NCBI GenBank assembly: GCA_002104945.1
Contig: MCFH01000001.1
Coordinates: 1-64,000, forward strand
Source: Piromyces finnis finn
Taxonomy: Eukaryota; Fungi; Neocallimastigomycota
Length of the DNA stretch: 64,000 nt
Direction of reading: 5' to 3'
Shown here: positions 34,001 through 48,427 of the stretch, in pieces
How the letters are laid out: each line of letters starts with the position of its first letter
How positions within the stretch are numbered: the stretch's first letter is position 1
Notes under the pieces: generated by a model
The model's input: only the letters and a program-made list of their open reading frames with translations
What the model was told of the DNA's origin: nothing
The model's database searches: none
Position numbers and translations under genes: made by a program

Positions 34001-35888
34001 AGTTGCTCGCTATTAAAGTGGCTCTCGAAGAATGGAAACACTATCTGGAAGGTGCGAAGCATCAGTTCGTCATTTATACTGATCATAAGAATTTAACTTT
34101 CCAAGAAAGCCTGAAATGCTCTCACAAAGACAGATAAGATGGTATGAATTCTTATCTAGATTTGATTTTAAGTTAATATATAGAGCTGGAAAAAAGTCTG
34201 GCAAACCTGATTTGTTATCAAGACGTAGTGATCACATTTGTAATGATAGTAATAATAATAGAATTAATAAAAACACTGAATGTAGTAATTTTAGTTGTAA
34301 TTTTATTTCATGTAATGTAATTAATACTTTTAATAAAGATGATTCTTTAATTAATTCTATTTTATGTTCTTTTAAAAATGATGATTTATATAATAAAGTT
34401 TGTGTATTTTTAAATGATAAAAATTTTTTGTCCCCTCCAATTAGGAATATTAATAAAGTTAAAATCAATAAAGAAGGATTTTTACTTTACGATAATTTAA
34501 TTTATGTTCCTTCTTCATTAAGAACTAGGGTTTTAGAATTACATCATGATTCTATTTCTGCTGGTCACTTTGGTGTTAATAAAACTATTGAATTAATTAG
34601 TAGAAATTTTTGGTGGCCAAAGTTTAGTTATGATGTTAAAAAGTTTATAAAGTCTTGTGAAACTTGTTGTAAAGCTAAAGTTCCAAGACATAAACCATAT
34701 GGTTTGCTTTCTCCTCTCTCCACGCCTAATAGAGCTTGGTCGGAATTGTCAATGGATTTTATTGTCGAGCTTCCAAAATCCAAAGACATGACCACCATTA
34801 TAGTTGTAGTTGATAGGTTAACAAAAATGGCTCATTTTATTCCTTTAAGATGTCTGCCTACTGCTTCTATAGCAGCTGATGTTTTTGTTAACAATATCTT
34901 TAAATTACATGGTTTTCCTGATTCCATCATTTCTGATCGAGGTACTCAATTTACTTCAGACTTTTGGAATCGTTTATATAATTTGTTAAATATTAAACTT
35001 GCTTTTTCTACTGCAAACCATCCTGAAACTGATGGTCAAACGGAGAGGGTAAACGGGATATTGGAACAATATCTCCGTTGTTTTATTAACGAAAAACAGA
35101 ATAACTGGGTTGATTTGTTACCTTTTGCTGAATTTGCTTATAACAATACTTTACAGCAATCAATCAATCAATCTCCGTTTTTCGCTAATTATGGGTTCAA
35201 TCCAAAATTCAATCCTGAAATTCCTTCAGCGAATAGACCAAATAGAGCTGAACAAAGAATTTTGGATATTAATGAAAACATTAAATTTTTAAAAGAAAAT
35301 CTTGATCAAGCAAAAGAAACCTACAAAAAGTATGCTGACCAAAAAAGAATGGAATCCCCAAGTTTCGAAGTTGGTAAAAAAGTTTGGTTATTAAAAGATA
35401 TTAATCCTTCCAACAAAAATATTAAAAGAAAGCTCGCTGATCAAATGCTTGGACCATTTGAAATAATCAAGAAGGTAAGTCCTTTAGCATTTGAATTAAA
35501 GTTACCAAACAATTTACGTTGTCACCCTGTTTTTCATGTTTCGTTATTAGAACCTTATAACGAAAATGAATTTATAAATAGATCAGTAATAAATAAAAGA
35601 AAAAATATTAAGTTAACTACTGATACTATTGATAGGATTCCTGATAAGATTATTCAAGAAAGAAATTATCATGGAAAGAAATCTTTCTTGATGACATGGA
35701 AAAATCTTGACGAAAATACTTGGATCACGGAAGATCAAATTTCAGATGTACAATTGATCCAAGAATTTTATAGAAAAAATAAAAAGTCTAGAAAAGAAAG
35801 TCAAGATCAAGTTTATACAAGGAATAACAATGGTATGATCAGACACAGATATCAACCACTTGTAATTGATATTCCATCAAAGAAATAA
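31046..35888 (+). pseudogene. pol: Gag-Pol of C'1 in four frameshifted pieces
   Basis: CFSCGKSGHMQFNC; LIDSGS; YIDD; frameshifts near 32795, 33675 (7-bp duplication) and 34105; integrase; chromodomain-like FLMTWKN..ENTW. Confidence 0.93.
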
Positions 35889-36656
35889 TCTCGCAGGAGC
35901 TCGACTTAAAGGGCGAGATTGTAAAGATATAAAGTATATCTTTAAATTATTTAATAATTAATTAATAATTATTGAATAATAATTTTGATATTTTAATGGA
36001 AAAAATTGTTTATAAAATTTATTGTATAAATTTTATGGAATAATTAAATAAATATTAATTTTAAAATATCAAAGTTAGAAATGAAATTTGGATAAATATT
36101 TAAATTAATGGATAATTAAATTTAAATATTTTAAATATTCAAATTAAATCTTAAAAGGTTTTTTATTTAATTAAAATTAGTTTAATAACTTTAGCGTAGT
36201 TTGAAATTAGCATTTTTAATTATAAATATATAATAAATAGTATTATTAATATTTAATTAATATATAGGTAATACATGGACTGTATTCAATTTGCAGTTTA
36301 CTCAAATTGAATCAAAAGTGTATTTAATTAGTATTAGTTTAGTTTTATTATTTTATTATTTAATTAAATTAGTATTAAATTAGTTTTGTTTATTTTATAT
36401 TGAATATATGTATAATTAAATAGAATAGTATATTAAAATATAATTTATAAAAAATATAAATACATGTAAAATTTCTTGATTAAAACAATGTAATTGTTAT
36501 AATTGTTATTGACTATTATTTAGTTAATAACTAAATAAAATTAATAAAAGAGATATTTTTTTAAATATAATTTATTTTCTTGTTTTTCTTTATTTTGTGT
36601 TGTTGTTTTGTTGTAAAAAATTTTATAATCTGTTTTACATTTATAAAACTTTTACA

Positions 36657-39600
36657 TAATAACATTACAGTTCATAATGCAAAATTTAAAAATGATGACT
36701 TAGGTATAGTCTTAGCCTCAGTCGATAATATTAAAAATAAACTCCTTATTGATTCTGAAAGTAATCTAAATATGGTTACTACTAAATATTTCAACAAATT
36801 GCCTGGGCAATATGAAACTGTAGGCGTTTGTCGCGGTAAAATTGGTGAAACATTAGGTGATGATACTATTTCTAATGCTATTGTAGTCCGTTTACCAATT
36901 GTTATTAATTCTTATTCTTTTATGGCTAATTTCTGCGTTATAGAGCATGATGCAGCTTATTTTGATATCCTAATTAGTCTTAAAACAATTGTCGATAATT
37001 ACCTTTTTATCAACCCGGTATCTAAAACAGTTTGTAGGTGTACATCCCCTGATTCTTTTGAAGTTTTAGCACCTATTGTCGAAGACCAAGATGCCGAGAT
37101 TGTCACTTGTTTCATTAAATTCCTAAGTCCACATAAAAATATCTATTCTTCTAAATTTTCTGAAGAATTAGAATATTTTTCTAATAATTTTCCAATCTTA
37201 AAGTTACACAGAATGAAAATTTGTCCCCAAGTGATTATATTCATTCTGAAAAATTTATTTCTGAATTAGATCCACAATATAGAGATATTATTATAAATTC
37301 TCTAAATGATAATATTGATGTTATTGCTACTTCGTCTGAACAATTATCGCCGTCAGATCTTAATCCTCATCGCATTGAACTTTTAAAAGACGCTGTTCCC
37401 TTTAAAAGTAAATTTTATAGACTTAATAAATTTAAGTCAGACATTCTTAAAGAGGAACTAACCAAGTTAATTAATAAAGGTCTTATTGTTCCCTCCAAAT
37501 CTTCATGGTCATCTCCTATAGTCCTGGTCACAAAAAAGAATGGTAAATGGAGACTTTGCATGGACTATAGGAAATTAAATGCTTTAACTGTTCCAGATTC
37601 CTACTCACTTCCTAATATTGATGAAATTTTTAGTGGGATTGGTGGAGTAAAAATTTTCTCTACTCTGGACCTATTCTCCGGGTATCACCAAATTCGTATG
37701 GACGAGGATAGTATTGACCTTACTAGTTTTACCACTAAATTTGGCAATTTTGTTTTTAAGGTCATGCCCTTCGGTCTTACTGGTGCCCCTGCTACTTTTC
37801 AAAGAGAAATGAATATAATTCTCTTTGACCTACTTGGACACTCTGTCTATGTTTTCTTAGATGATATCTTAATTTTCTCTAATAATGTCGAAGAACACCT
37901 TTCTCATTTAAACCAAGTTTTGGACATCTTCCGCCAACATAAGGTTAAAATCAACATTGAGAAATGTTGCTTCTTCAAGGAGGAGGTAGAAGTGCTTGGC
38001 CACGTAGTGTCCAAAGATGATCTCAAAACCATTAAGTCTAAAGTAGAAGCCGTGAAGAACTGGTCTAAGCCAAAAGACGTGTCTGAACTTAGGTCATTTT
38101 TAGGCACTGTTAGGTATTACAGAAAATTCATAAATAATTTTGCTAAACTGGCTGCCCCACTTTATAAATTATTGAGGAAAAATTCTCAGTTTATATGGAA
38201 TAAAATAGAACAAGAAAGTTTCGACATACTTAAAATAGCTCTGGTAGAAGCCCCAATATTAGATTTTCCTAATTCAAATAAACAATTCATTATTAGAACT
38301 GATGCCTGTGAGGATGGTATCGGAGGTGTATTATTACAAATTAATGATGAAGATGGCTTAGAACATCCGATACATTTTATAAGTAGAACACTCACTAAAG
38401 CAGAAAGAAATTATAGTACAACGGACCTGGAAGGCACAGCAGTCTATTACTGTGCAAAGGAATTTAAATACTATATTTCTGGAAATAAATATGAGGTTCT
38501 CTTATATACCGACCATAAACCCTTGCTTGGTCTATTCAGTAATAAAGAACCAGAAAACATGCGCCATATAAGGTGGTGCATTACTATAAGTATGTTAAGA
38601 ATAAAAATATTATATGAACCAGGAAAGAAAAATTGTCTCGCTAACGCTTTATCAAGAATTCCTGCTACCTTAGAAAGACGAAGTAATAACCTAGTTAATA
38701 AAAAAGAAATTTTGTCAAGAAAACACAAAAAATTTCAAAACACCACAAAAAGGTCAAAATAATTTAGGAATTCAAAATCATAATAAATCATCTACTATTC
38801 AAAAAAAATAAAATATTTCTGAAAAATTCAAAAATTTCATCAATTAAAAATTTAAGGGAAAAATGGTGGTATATAGATAATTTGAAATTTTCAGGAAATC
38901 CAAAAAATTTTTCAATTCAGAATAAATCCCATATATCAGAGTGTAATCATAATATATGTAATCATATAAACCCCAATATATTAAAAATAAATCAAAATAA
39001 ATTGAAGAAATTTTTAATTAAATTGATTCAATTCAAAAATGATATAAACAAATACTATTCTAATATATTGGCCCATATAGAATCTCGTATATTACAATAT
39101 AATGGAGAAAATCAAAATATGAGTGAAAAACATAAAATCGAAAATTTATGTCAATATAAAAATCAATTGAACCAAACTTTGAATAATATATTACAATATA
39201 TAGATAATATATTAGGAAATAAGAGCAATAAATATAATTTAATCAATTATAGAATACATTCTATTAATAATAGCAGTAATAACAATAATGAAAATGATAC
39301 AGATGAAGGAGATATCGCTGAATTTATGAAAGAATTCCTTGAGGATCATATAGTGACTCTAGATAATGAAAAGTACATTAAAGATGAAGGAAATCTAAGA
39401 AAAATAATTAGTACAAATGAAGAAAAGTTCAATTTAATTTGGAAAGCACATGCAATTGGTCACGAAGGCTTCGGTAAAACTTATGAGAGGTTAAAGAAAT
39501 CCTTCTACTGGAAAGGAATGACAGTAGATATTAAAAGATTCATAGCTAATTGTACTACCTGCCAATTAAATAAAAAGAATGAAATTCCCAATCCCACAGA

Positions 39601-41096
39601 AAAATATGCTACTCCTGTGGAAGCTCCATTTACTCACCTAGGTTTAGATATAATAGGCCCTTTACCTGCTACTAGCCAAGGCAACCAGTACATTATGGTA
39701 GTCGTTGACTATTTTACCAAGTGGGTAGAAGCAGAGCCGCAGTCCTCAATAACGTCTCAAGATGTGGTTTACTTCCTATCAAAAATTTTTGCAAGATTTG
39801 GTACACCTACTACTATAACCACTGATAATGGAGTACAATTTAATTCTGACTTTACAAAAATTTTTCTAGATTTGTATGAAGTATACATTAAATTCACCGT
39901 AACGTATCATCCAGAGTCCAATGGACTAACTGAAAATCGCAATAGAGAAATAGGAAAATTATAAAGATTGCTTGCCTCTAAAGAAAAAGAATGGGACAAA
40001 GTTCTTCCTTTTGCTCTATTGTAAAGATATCAAACGTCTCAACTTGATATCTTTAATGTAACTTAAGCCATAAGTATTATTGCTTAAGTTACACAAATTA
40101 TATTCAGAAAAAGAAAATGAGACATAATTTATTTATTAATAATTAAAGTTTAAAACAAAATAAATTATTAATTTATTATTAATGTTTAACAAGTAAATTA
40201 AAATTCTCAATTTAAATCCCTAGTTTTAGTATTGTTTTTTCATAGAAATAGATAAATAATATATAAATAATAAATGATTAATATATCAATAATACATGGG
40301 CACATATTCAAATTAAATAGTACTTAATTTGAATTGCCAATTGCATTTTACTAAAAATAGTTATAGTTTAAATATTTATTAATAATTAAGATTTTAGTGT
40401 AGATTTTAAATAATAATATATAAGAAATAAATAGTTATAATATAATATAAATGTATTTAGAAAAAATATAAATAGAAGATATTTTTCATCATTTTATCGA
40501 TGTAATTGTTATTAATAAAATTTCTATTATAATAAAAGATATTTTTAATAAAACAATTTTTCTTTTTTCATATTTCAAATTTTAGTGTTATTGTAATAGA
40601 ATAGATATCCTAATCTATTCTTCTAGTGTCAACATTACATCTATGGGCTTTAAGAACATCTAAAAATACGGTTACCAAATATTCAAGTTTTGAATTGGTC
40701 TATGGTAGAAAAGACCAACAGCCTTTCGAACTATACACTACTCTTCCTACTTCCATGGTCCAAGGTAGCCAAGAAGAGCAGTTAATTGAAAAATTTATAG
40801 ATCACTATAATTGGATAATAGATGCTTGTAACAATATTAAGAAGAATAACAAGTACTGGGAAACTAAAAGAGAAGAAATTACTAGTATGAACAAACAGAA
40901 CGAAATTAAAATAGGTGATTTAGTTAAAGTTAGGAATTTTTCGAGATACAAATTAGAACCTTATTTTGTAGGACCCTTCGAAGTTGTAAGTAAACAATAT
41001 AATACCGCTAAATTAATGGATCCAGATACCAAAAGACTTTTAGAATGTCCTGTCCACCTTAAAAATATAATAAAATTTCATTCTACAACTCCATAG
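36657..41096 (+). pseudogene. pol: Pol of element D (protease, RT, RNase H, long spacer, integrase), disrupted and split by solo LTR 40020-40639
   Basis: LLIDSES (mutated DSG); DLFSGYHQ; FLDD; IRTDAC; LGLDIIGP, TDNG, NGLTE; ..AL|WALRT across the TSD. Confidence 0.9.
40020..40639 (+). repeat. Solo LTR, family G
   Basis: TGTAAAGATATCAAAC...CATTACA; TSD TCTAT. Confidence 0.93.
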
Positions 41097-41117
41097 TTGT
41101 ATTTAAGAAGGGACATT

Positions 41118-41629
41118 TGATATGAAATATTAAATAAAACTCTAATTATTAATAAAATTATTTTATTAATAATTACATAAAATAAATTAAAATAGTCATG
41201 TAATAACGTGACTAAAAGCAATTGAGGCGTAAATAAATTCACACGATAAAATAAATTTAAGTGATAACATAAATTTATTTTATTAATTTAAATAATAAAA
41301 ACATAAAATTATAACATAATTTTATGTTATATAAATAATTTCTTTTATTTATTATTTTATTTATAATATTTTATATTTTATATTTATATTTTATTATATT
41401 TTTATTATACTTTAATAAATATTTTTATACTTTTTATACTAGTTATTATATAAACAAACAAAATATAGTTTATAATTATTAAAAGATATATAAATGTATT
41501 ATTATTTCTTATAATTAATTCTTTGCTTCTTGTATTTCTAGCCAAAAATTTATATTTAATAAAATTAATTTTAAAAACATTAATACATAAAGTTTCTCCC
41601 TAAAAGGGAAATAGAACCGAGTTATATCA
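41118..41629 (+). repeat. Probable 3' LTR of D
   Basis: Starts TGATATG after the PPT; ends AAATAGAACCGAGTTATATCA, like the 5' LTR end AAATAGAACCGAGATATATCA (26152-26172). Confidence 0.7.
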
Positions 41630-42392
41630 GAGTGTAAAAGTTTATAAAAAAAAAAAACAGATTATAAAATTTTACAATAAAACATAAAACACGAAATAAA
41701 TAAAAAGAAACAAGAAAAACAAAATCTATTTAAAAATATCTCTTTTATTAATTTTATTTAGTTATTAACTAAATAATAGTCAATAACAATTACATCGTTT
41801 TAATTAAGAAAATTTACATGTATTTATATTTTTTGTAAATTATATTTTAATATACTATTCTATTTAATTATACATATATTCAATATAAAATAAACAAAAC
41901 TAATTTAATACTAATTTAATTAAATAATAAAATAATAAAACTAAACTAATACTAATTAAATACACTTTTGATTCAATTTGAGTAAACTGCAAATTGAATA
42001 CAGTCCATGTATTACCTATATATTAATTAAATATTAATAATACTATTTATTATATATTTATAATTAAAAATGCTAATTTCAAACTACGCTAAAGTTATTA
42101 AACTAATTTTAATTAAATAAAAACTTTTTAAGATTTAATTTGAATATTTAAAATATTTAAATTTAATTATCCATTAATTTAAATATTTATCCAAATTTCA
42201 TTTCTAACTTTGATATTTTAAAATTAATATTTATTTAATTATTCCATAAAATTTATACAATAAATTTTATAAACAATTTTTTCATTAAAATATCAAAATT
42301 ATTATTCAATAATTATTAATTAATTATTAAATAATTTAAAGATATACTTTATATCTTTACAATCTCGCCCTTTAAGTCGAGCTCCTGCGAGA

Positions 42393-45300
42393 TTATTTCT
42401 TTGAAGGAATATCAATTACAAATGGTTGATATCTATGTCTGATCATACCATTGTTATTCCTTGTATAAACTTGATCTTGACTTTCTTTTCTAGACTTTTT
42501 ATTTTTCCTATAAAATTCTTGGATCAATTGTACATCTGAAATTTGATCTTCCGGGATCCAAGTATTTTCGTCAAGATTTTTCCATGTCATCAAGAAAGAT
42601 TTCTTTCCATGATAATTTCTTTCTTGAATAATCTTATCAGGAATCCTATCAATAGTATCAGTAGTTAACTTAATATTTTTTCTTTTATTTATTACTGATC
42701 TATTTATAAATTCATTTTCGTTATAAGGTTCTAATAACGAAACATGAAAAACAGGGTGGCAACGTAAATTGTTTGGTAGTTTTAATTCAAATGCTAAAGG
42801 GCTTACCTTCTTGATTATTTCAAAAGGTCCAAGCATTTGATCAGCAAGTTTTCTTTTGATATTTTTATTTGAAGGATTAATACCTTTTAATAACCAAACT
42901 TTTTTACCAACTTCGAAATCTGGGGATTCCATTCTCTTTTGATCAGCATACTTTTTGTAGGTTTCTTTTGCTTGATCAAGATTTACTTTTAAAAATTTAA
43001 TGTTTTCATTAATATCCAAAATTCTTTGTTCAGCTCTATTTGGTCTATTCGCTGAAGGGATTTCAGGGTTAAATTTTGGATTGAACCCATAATTAGCGAA
43101 AAACGGAGATTGGTTGATTGATTGCTGTAAAGTATTGTTATAAGCAAATTCAGCAAAAGGTAACAAGTCAACCCAATTATTCTGTTTTTCGTTAATAAAA
43201 CAACGGAGATATTGTTCCAATATCCCGTTTACCCTCTCCGTTTGACCATCAGTTTCAGGATGGTTTGCAGTAGAAAAAGCAAGTTTAATATTTAACAAAT
43301 TACATAAACGATTCCAAAAGTCTGAGGTAAATTGAGTACCTCGATCAGAAATGATGGAATCAGGAAAACCATGTAATTTAAAGATATTGTTAACAAAAAC
43401 ATCAGCTGCTATAGAAGCAGTAGGCAAACATCTTAAAGGAATAAAATGAGCCATTTTTGTTAACCTATCTACTATAACCATAATGGTAGTCATGTCTTTG
43501 GATTTAGGAAGCTCGACAATAAAATCCATTGACAATTCCGACCAAGCTCTATTAGGTGTGGAAAGAGGAGAAAGCAAACCATATGGTTTATGTCTTGGAA
43601 CTTTAGCTTTACAACAAGTTTCACAAGACTTTATAAACTTTTTAACATCATAACTAAACTTTGGCCACCAAAAATTTCTACTAATTAATTCAATAGTTTT
43701 ATTAACACCAAAGTGACCAGCAGAAATAGAATCATGATGTAATTCTAAGACCCTAGTTCTTAGTGAAGAAGGAACATAAATTAAATTATCATAAAGTAAA
43801 AATCCTTCTTTATCAATTTTAACTTTATTAATATTCCTAATCGGAGGGGACGAAGAATTTTTATCATTAAGAAATACACAAACTTTATTATATAAATCAT
43901 CATTTTTTAAGGAACATAGAATAGAATTAATTAAAGAATCATCTTTATTAAAAGAATTAATTACATTACATGAAATAAAATTACAACTAAAATTACTACA
44001 TTCAATATTTTCATTAATCCTATCATTATTATAAATATTACAGATATGATCACTACGTCTGGATAACAAATCAGGTTTACCAGACTTTTTTCCAGCTCTA
44101 TAAATTAACTTAAAATCAAATCTTGATAAAAATTCATACCATCTTATCTGTCGTTGTGAGAGCATCTCAGGCTTTCTTGGAAAGGTTAAATTCTTATGAT
44201 CAGTATAAATGATGAACTGATGCTTTGCACCTTCCAGATAATGCCTCCATTCTTCAAGAGCCACTTTGATAGCGAGCAACTCTTTATCATAAATTTGATA
44301 GTTTCTTTGAGACTTGGTTAAGCTAGATGAAATAAAAGCAATAGGGTGTAATTGCCCTTCAAATTCTTGTGAAAGAATTGCACCGACAGCAAAGTTACTA
44401 GCGTCAGTCTCAACAATAAAAGGTTTGTTGCTATCAGGGTTCATTAAGATAGGAGCTGAAGTAAAAGCCTTTTTAAGTGTAACAAATGCATTTTGACACT
44501 CAGAAACCCAATTAAAAGGAACATTTTTCCTAGTAAGTTTGTGTAGAGGACTAGCAATTTTTGCAAAGTCTTTAATAAAAATTCTATAATAATTGCATAA
44601 TCCATAATCCAATAAAAGATTGGACTTCTTTAACATTTGTAGGAACAGGCCAGTCAAGGATAGCTTTAACTATATCTCTATCCATTTTCAGACCATCTTT
44701 GGATAATACATAACCAAGAAAAGTGGTTTCTGAAACATCAAACTCACACTTCTCTAACTTTACATATAAATTATTTTCTAATAATTTTTTCAATACTTTT
44801 TTAACATGTTCATGATGTTCTTCTAGGCTATTTGAATATATTAGAATATCATCAATATATGATATAGCAAAATCATCTAAGTAATCACTAAGGACATCAT
44901 TTATGAAATGTTGAAACGTAGCTGGTGCATTCTTTAAACCAAAAGGCATGACGAGATATTCAAAATGCCCATATCTTGTTCTAAAGGCAGTTTTGTATTC
45001 ATCACCCTCTTTGATTCTTACTAAATTATAAGCAGACTTTAAGTCCAATTTAGTAAAGTACTTCGCACCCTTCACTCTATCCAATAAGTCACCAATTAAT
45101 GGAAGAGGATATGAATTTCTAATGGTCATGTCATTTAGCTTCCTATAATCAACGCAAAGTCTTAATGACCCATCTTTCTTTTTGACAAATAAAACAGGTG
45201 CACCGGCAGGAGATGTAGATTTCCTAATGAAACCTTTTTCTAAATTTTCATTAATATAATTTTTTAATTCATCTCTCTCTGCCTCTGTTAAAGGATAAAG

Positions 45301-47267
45301 AGGACCATAAAACAAGTTAGAATTATCCTTTAACCTGATTTCACAATCGTATTCACGATGTGGAGGTAAAATATCACAATTCTTTTCATTGAAAACCTCT
45401 TTAAATAATAAATATTGTTTTGGAATATCAACAGATTTTTTATCTTTATTTAAATTATTATTTTCAGTTTTACATTTATTAATAATATTACAAGATAAAT
45501 CATTATGGTTTCTATCTGAATTTATTACACAATAATTGTTATTATTAAACACTTTTTTTGAAAATGAGTATTGTTTTGGTCCGGGACCGAATTATTATCT
45601 TTATTTAAATTTTCATCAATACAATTAATATTATTACATGTACATTTAAAATTACAATTATTATTATTATTATTGTTATGTAAACTATCACTAAATTTAA
45701 TTTTATCAAAACTATCTAAATCACTAATGGTTTTAACAGAGGTTCTACGGCCTCTAATACTTAAAGTTTCTTCATCGTCACTGGAGTCGCTATAGGAGGA
45801 TTCATGATGATTGCATGAATCAAAGTCATTATAAGAGGATTGTTCATCTTCATCGTCTTGAGTAGCTTCTTTTCCTTTTCTTGATGATATTTTTTCTTTC
45901 TTGGATTCCTTTGTGCTACTCTTGTTTTTTCTTCTTCCCACATTACAATGCCTGGCACAGTATATAGAGCTAAAGGCAATTTTGGAAGAATCATGGTAGT
46001 AGACAGGGCAATGTTTTTCTATCCAAGGTACACCAAGAATTATATCAACTTCAGGAATTCTAAGTGCATATAATTGAATGACTTCGTAGTGATTTCTCAA
46101 ACGGAGGATGCATTTTTCGGATTCCTTCTTCACGGTAGATGTACCTTGCCCTAAACCAGAAACCTTGAAAGGTTCAGAAATATTTGAAAGTTTAATATTA
46201 TTGATTCGTGCGAACTCAGGGTGGATGAAATTGAGATCGGAACCAGAATCAATAAGTACCCTAGCCTTGACTTCATCGATATCATTGGTTTTGATATAAA
46301 AATCGATGATATTTTTCTTTTCACCTTTATAAATTTCAAACATGTTTGAGGTTTCCCTGGAATTATGATTTTCCTTTTTAATTCTCTTGATTGAAGAGCT
46401 GGCATCGTCTTCTGAATGGCATCTCTTGATAATTTTCACATTTCTTGGTTTCTTTTTGTTTGGACAATTAAATTGAAAGTGTCCAGCCTTTCCACAAGTA
46501 AAGCAAACACCCCTCTTCTTGGCCTCAGTGCAATTTGTTTTATTTTCCTCATAATTACTCCTATGAGGAGGGAAATAATCAACCTTTCTTTGACCCAATC
46601 TGATCCTATATAAGTCCACATCCATAGGATCATTTTGGTTATAATTTCTCCGGTCTTGATGCGTCATATAGTATTCACTGATATCATTTCTCTTAGTAAG
46701 ATTTTCAATACTAAGGACATCGGAATAAAGACGCTCTAACTGAGTAGGATTTGGGTTGACTATTGCTAAATGTTCACGCATTTTTGGATGTAAGCCCTTT
46801 GTGAACATATATATCTTCGCTGCTTCATTGAAATTAGAGTTTTGGCTAACGCGTTGAAATTCATTAATATATTCAAACACTTTGCCAAACTTTCTTTGTT
46901 TTATGTTGCAAAGTTTTCCATTTGCAACAATCGTATCATTATTCGGATCTCCGAAATTGGTACGAAGGGCAGCAATAAACTGATCATAGTTCCTTAGAAC
47001 GGCGTCGTTATTTTGTCTTAAACGAGCAGCCCATTCTAGAGGTCTATTAACAAAGTAGGATATCAAGAAGCGAACTCTCGCTTCATCACTAACAAATCTA
47101 TCAGGGTTGGCTTCAATAGCTAGCTCAACCCTAGTCAAGAACCCATCTAGTTCTTGTCTGCGGCCCGAGAAAACTGGAGGATCATTGACTATCCTCAAGG
47201 ACGCTCCTTGGCGTTCCATGTTTTCGTTTAAATGTAAATTATCTAAGAGATGATTTATTTCTTCCAA
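42393..47267 (-). pseudogene. pol: Gag-Pol of C'2 in three pieces
   Basis: CFTCGKAGHFQFNC; LIDSGS; YIDD; 1-nt deletion near 45580; 7-bp duplication near 44597-44612; integrase and chromodomain-like tail. Confidence 0.93.
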
Positions 47268-47461
47268 TATGATTATGTTATACGTATTTAATTTTTTATA
47301 ATATTTAAGTTAAGATGTCGTCGTAACTCTATCCTGTCAAACGGTGTTAGACGAGCTCTTAAAAATATTATAACAAAATTAAATATAATAAATATTTGGA
47401 AGACCTTTGAGTAACAGGCACTAGATTAACAAATCCTCAGAAAGTACGATAAAACTCCAAA

Positions 47462-47596
47462 ACGCGGTAGATTTTCCTATATATACGGTAGATATTCTTG
47501 AAAACGCGGTAGATAACCTTGAAAACACGGTAGATAATCCTTAATACGCAGTAGATAACCTTGAAAACACGGTGGATATTCCTTTAAACGCGGTAG
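47462..47596 (-). repeat. Seven-unit array with an exact 21-bp period in the C'2 leader
   Basis: Plus-strand cores of the type AC(G/A)CGGTAG end at 47470, 47491, 47512, 47533, 47554, 47575 and 47596. Confidence 0.9.
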
Positions 47597-48427
47597 CTAA
47601 AAAAAAAAATTTTATTAAATATGTTTTATTAAAAAAATTTTATAACGTGTTTTATTAGAACAAAGGTAATTGTTATTGTAAAAGTTTATAAAAAAAAAAA
47701 ACAGATTATAAAATTTTACAATAAAACATAAAACACGAAATAAATAAAAAGAAACAAGAAAAACAAAATCTATTTAAAAATATCTCTTTTATTAATTTTA
47801 TTTAGTTATTAACTAAATAATAGTCAATAACAATTACATCGTTTTAATTAAGAAAATTTACATGTATTTATATTTTTTGTAAATTATATTTTAATATACT
47901 ATTCTATTTAATTATACATATATTCAATATAAAATAAACAAAACTAATTTAATACTAATTTAATTAAATAATAAAATAATAAAACTAAACTAATACTAAT
48001 TAAATACACTTTTGATTCAATTTGAGTAAACTGCAAATTGAATACAGTCCATGTATTACCTATATATTAATTAAATATTAATAATACTATTTATTATATA
48101 TTTATAATTAAAAATGCTAATTTAAAACTACGCTAAAGTTATTAAACTAATTTTAATTAAATAAAAACTTTTTAAGATTTAATTTGAATATTTAAAATAT
48201 TTAAATTTAATTATCCATTAATTTAAATATTTATCCAAATTTCATTTCTAACTTTGATATTTTAAAATTAATATTTATTTAATTATTCCATAAAATTTAT
48301 ACAATAAATTTTATAAACAATTTTTTCATTAAAATATCAAAATTATTATTCAATAATTATTAATTAATTATTAAATAATTTAAAGATATACTTTATATCT
48401 TTACACAGAGGTATCTTCTGTTTTGTG

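Larger units (their letters stand above)
29876..36656 (+). mobile_element. Full-length Ty3/Gypsy chromovirus C'1, frameshifted
   Basis: LTRs 29876-30601 and 35920-36656, a few percent diverged; TSD TAATA; PBS ATAACAATTAC at 30602-30612; PPT AAAGGGCGAG at about 35908-35917. Confidence 0.95.
25766..41629 (+). mobile_element. Ty3/Gypsy element D (non-chromovirus), decayed, carrying three nested insertions
   Basis: 5' LTR end at 26172, PBS 26175-26189, gag, pol, PPT AAGAAGGGAC at about 41105-41114, 3' LTR 41118-41629. All three inserts have matching TSDs. The left boundary is uncertain. Confidence 0.8.
41633..48405 (-). mobile_element. Full-length Ty3/Gypsy chromovirus C'2, recent but frameshifted
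   Basis: 729-bp LTRs at 41633-42361 and 47677-48405 (one mismatch noticed); TSD CAGAG; PBS and PPT as in C'1. Confidence 0.96.

Noticed and set aside
47462-47596. 21-bp array as a CRISPR array
   Set aside because: Cores are 9 bp, spacers are 12 bp and similar to each other, there are no cas genes, and the context is a eukaryotic retroelement leader.
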